Shown here: one piece after another, positions 61,759 through 64,000 of the stretch | Position numbering within the stretch: position 1 is the stretch's first letter | How the letters are laid out: each line of letters opens with the position of its first letter | Source of the DNA: the human T2T-CHM13v2.0 reference genome, Homo sapiens | DNA: 64,000 bases | Assembly: GCF_009914755.1 (NCBI RefSeq) | Contig: NC_060947.1 | Reading direction: 5' to 3' (one strand) | The notes under the pieces: model-generated | Databases searched by the model: none | Told to the model about the DNA's origin: nothing | The model's input: the letters and a program-made list of their open reading frames with translations, nothing else | Made by a program: the position numbers and the translations under genes

Positions 61759-62267
61759 ATAATCAAATGATTTTTTTCAATGGCATATGACAGTATGTCC
61801 CAATTCCAGAAATAATCAGTCAGATATGATAGTGAGATCACAAGTAACTGATAATCTCCCAAATCAAAATGCATGAAATAATTTCAAATAATCAAAATGT
61901 TGACATGAATTTTTTTCAAATTCAACACACACTGAACCCAATTCTTGCTAGCTCCCCATAAAAAGATGATATATTATTTAAATAACACAAAAAATGGCAT
62001 ACTTATTATTTCCTAAAGAATAAACAAAAGTAAATGGGTATAATTATCTCCTCCAAAAGTGGTCTCTTTCTCCAAAGTGTAAAAATTTTAATATTTCTCT
62101 GTTTTGCTCTCAACAGAAAGAAGAGGACAAAAGCTCATCTTCATTAGTTTCATTAAATAAAAAATATTTTAAGTTATCCATGACTTTCACTACCAACATC
62201 TGGTAAAACCACTATGTGGACAATTATTAAAAGAAGCCAACGTATTCCACATTAAAAATCAAATTGA

Positions 62268-62563
<296 letters not shown>

Positions 62564-62712
62564 TCAAATTGAAATAAAAAATCACTGAAACTAAGAATAA
62601 AAATGTCCCTCACATTAACCTAAACACAGACACACACATACTAACTCTGACTGGCAAACATCTTGCATTAAATATTAATACAAGGTATGCCAATATTCAA
62701 GTTAGAACCTGT

Positions 62713-64000
<1,288 letters not shown>

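Overview
Hominid (most likely human) genomic DNA, not prokaryotic. The window lies entirely inside BRWD3 (bromodomain and WD repeat-containing 3, X-linked), which is on the minus strand. I traced 32 consecutive GT-AG coding exons with continuous reading phase (3841 nt in total). They correspond to exons ~9-40 (numbering inferred from the recalled 41-exon structure) and encode the later WD40 repeats, the linker, the cryptic Tudor-like region and both bromodomains. The start and last exon lie outside the window. Introns contain a full-length processed PSMA1 pseudogene with an 18-bp TSD, an SVA, two MER4-type solo LTRs, a 5'-deleted THE1/MaLR element, MLT1 and MER68 LTRs, a twin-primed L1, other L1/L2/MIR fragments, about 18 Alu-family copies, Tigger/MER DNA transposons and several tandem repeats. 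I see no new multi-gene system. The best unexplained signals are at the RNA level: candidate poison (PTC) micro/cassette exons just upstream of exon 16, two long hairpins each ~140 nt downstream of a splice donor, a cluster of candidate alternative exons around the bromodomain-2 insertion exon, and a palindromic forkhead-motif minisatellite. These are inferences from sequence only and need conservation and RNA-seq checks.
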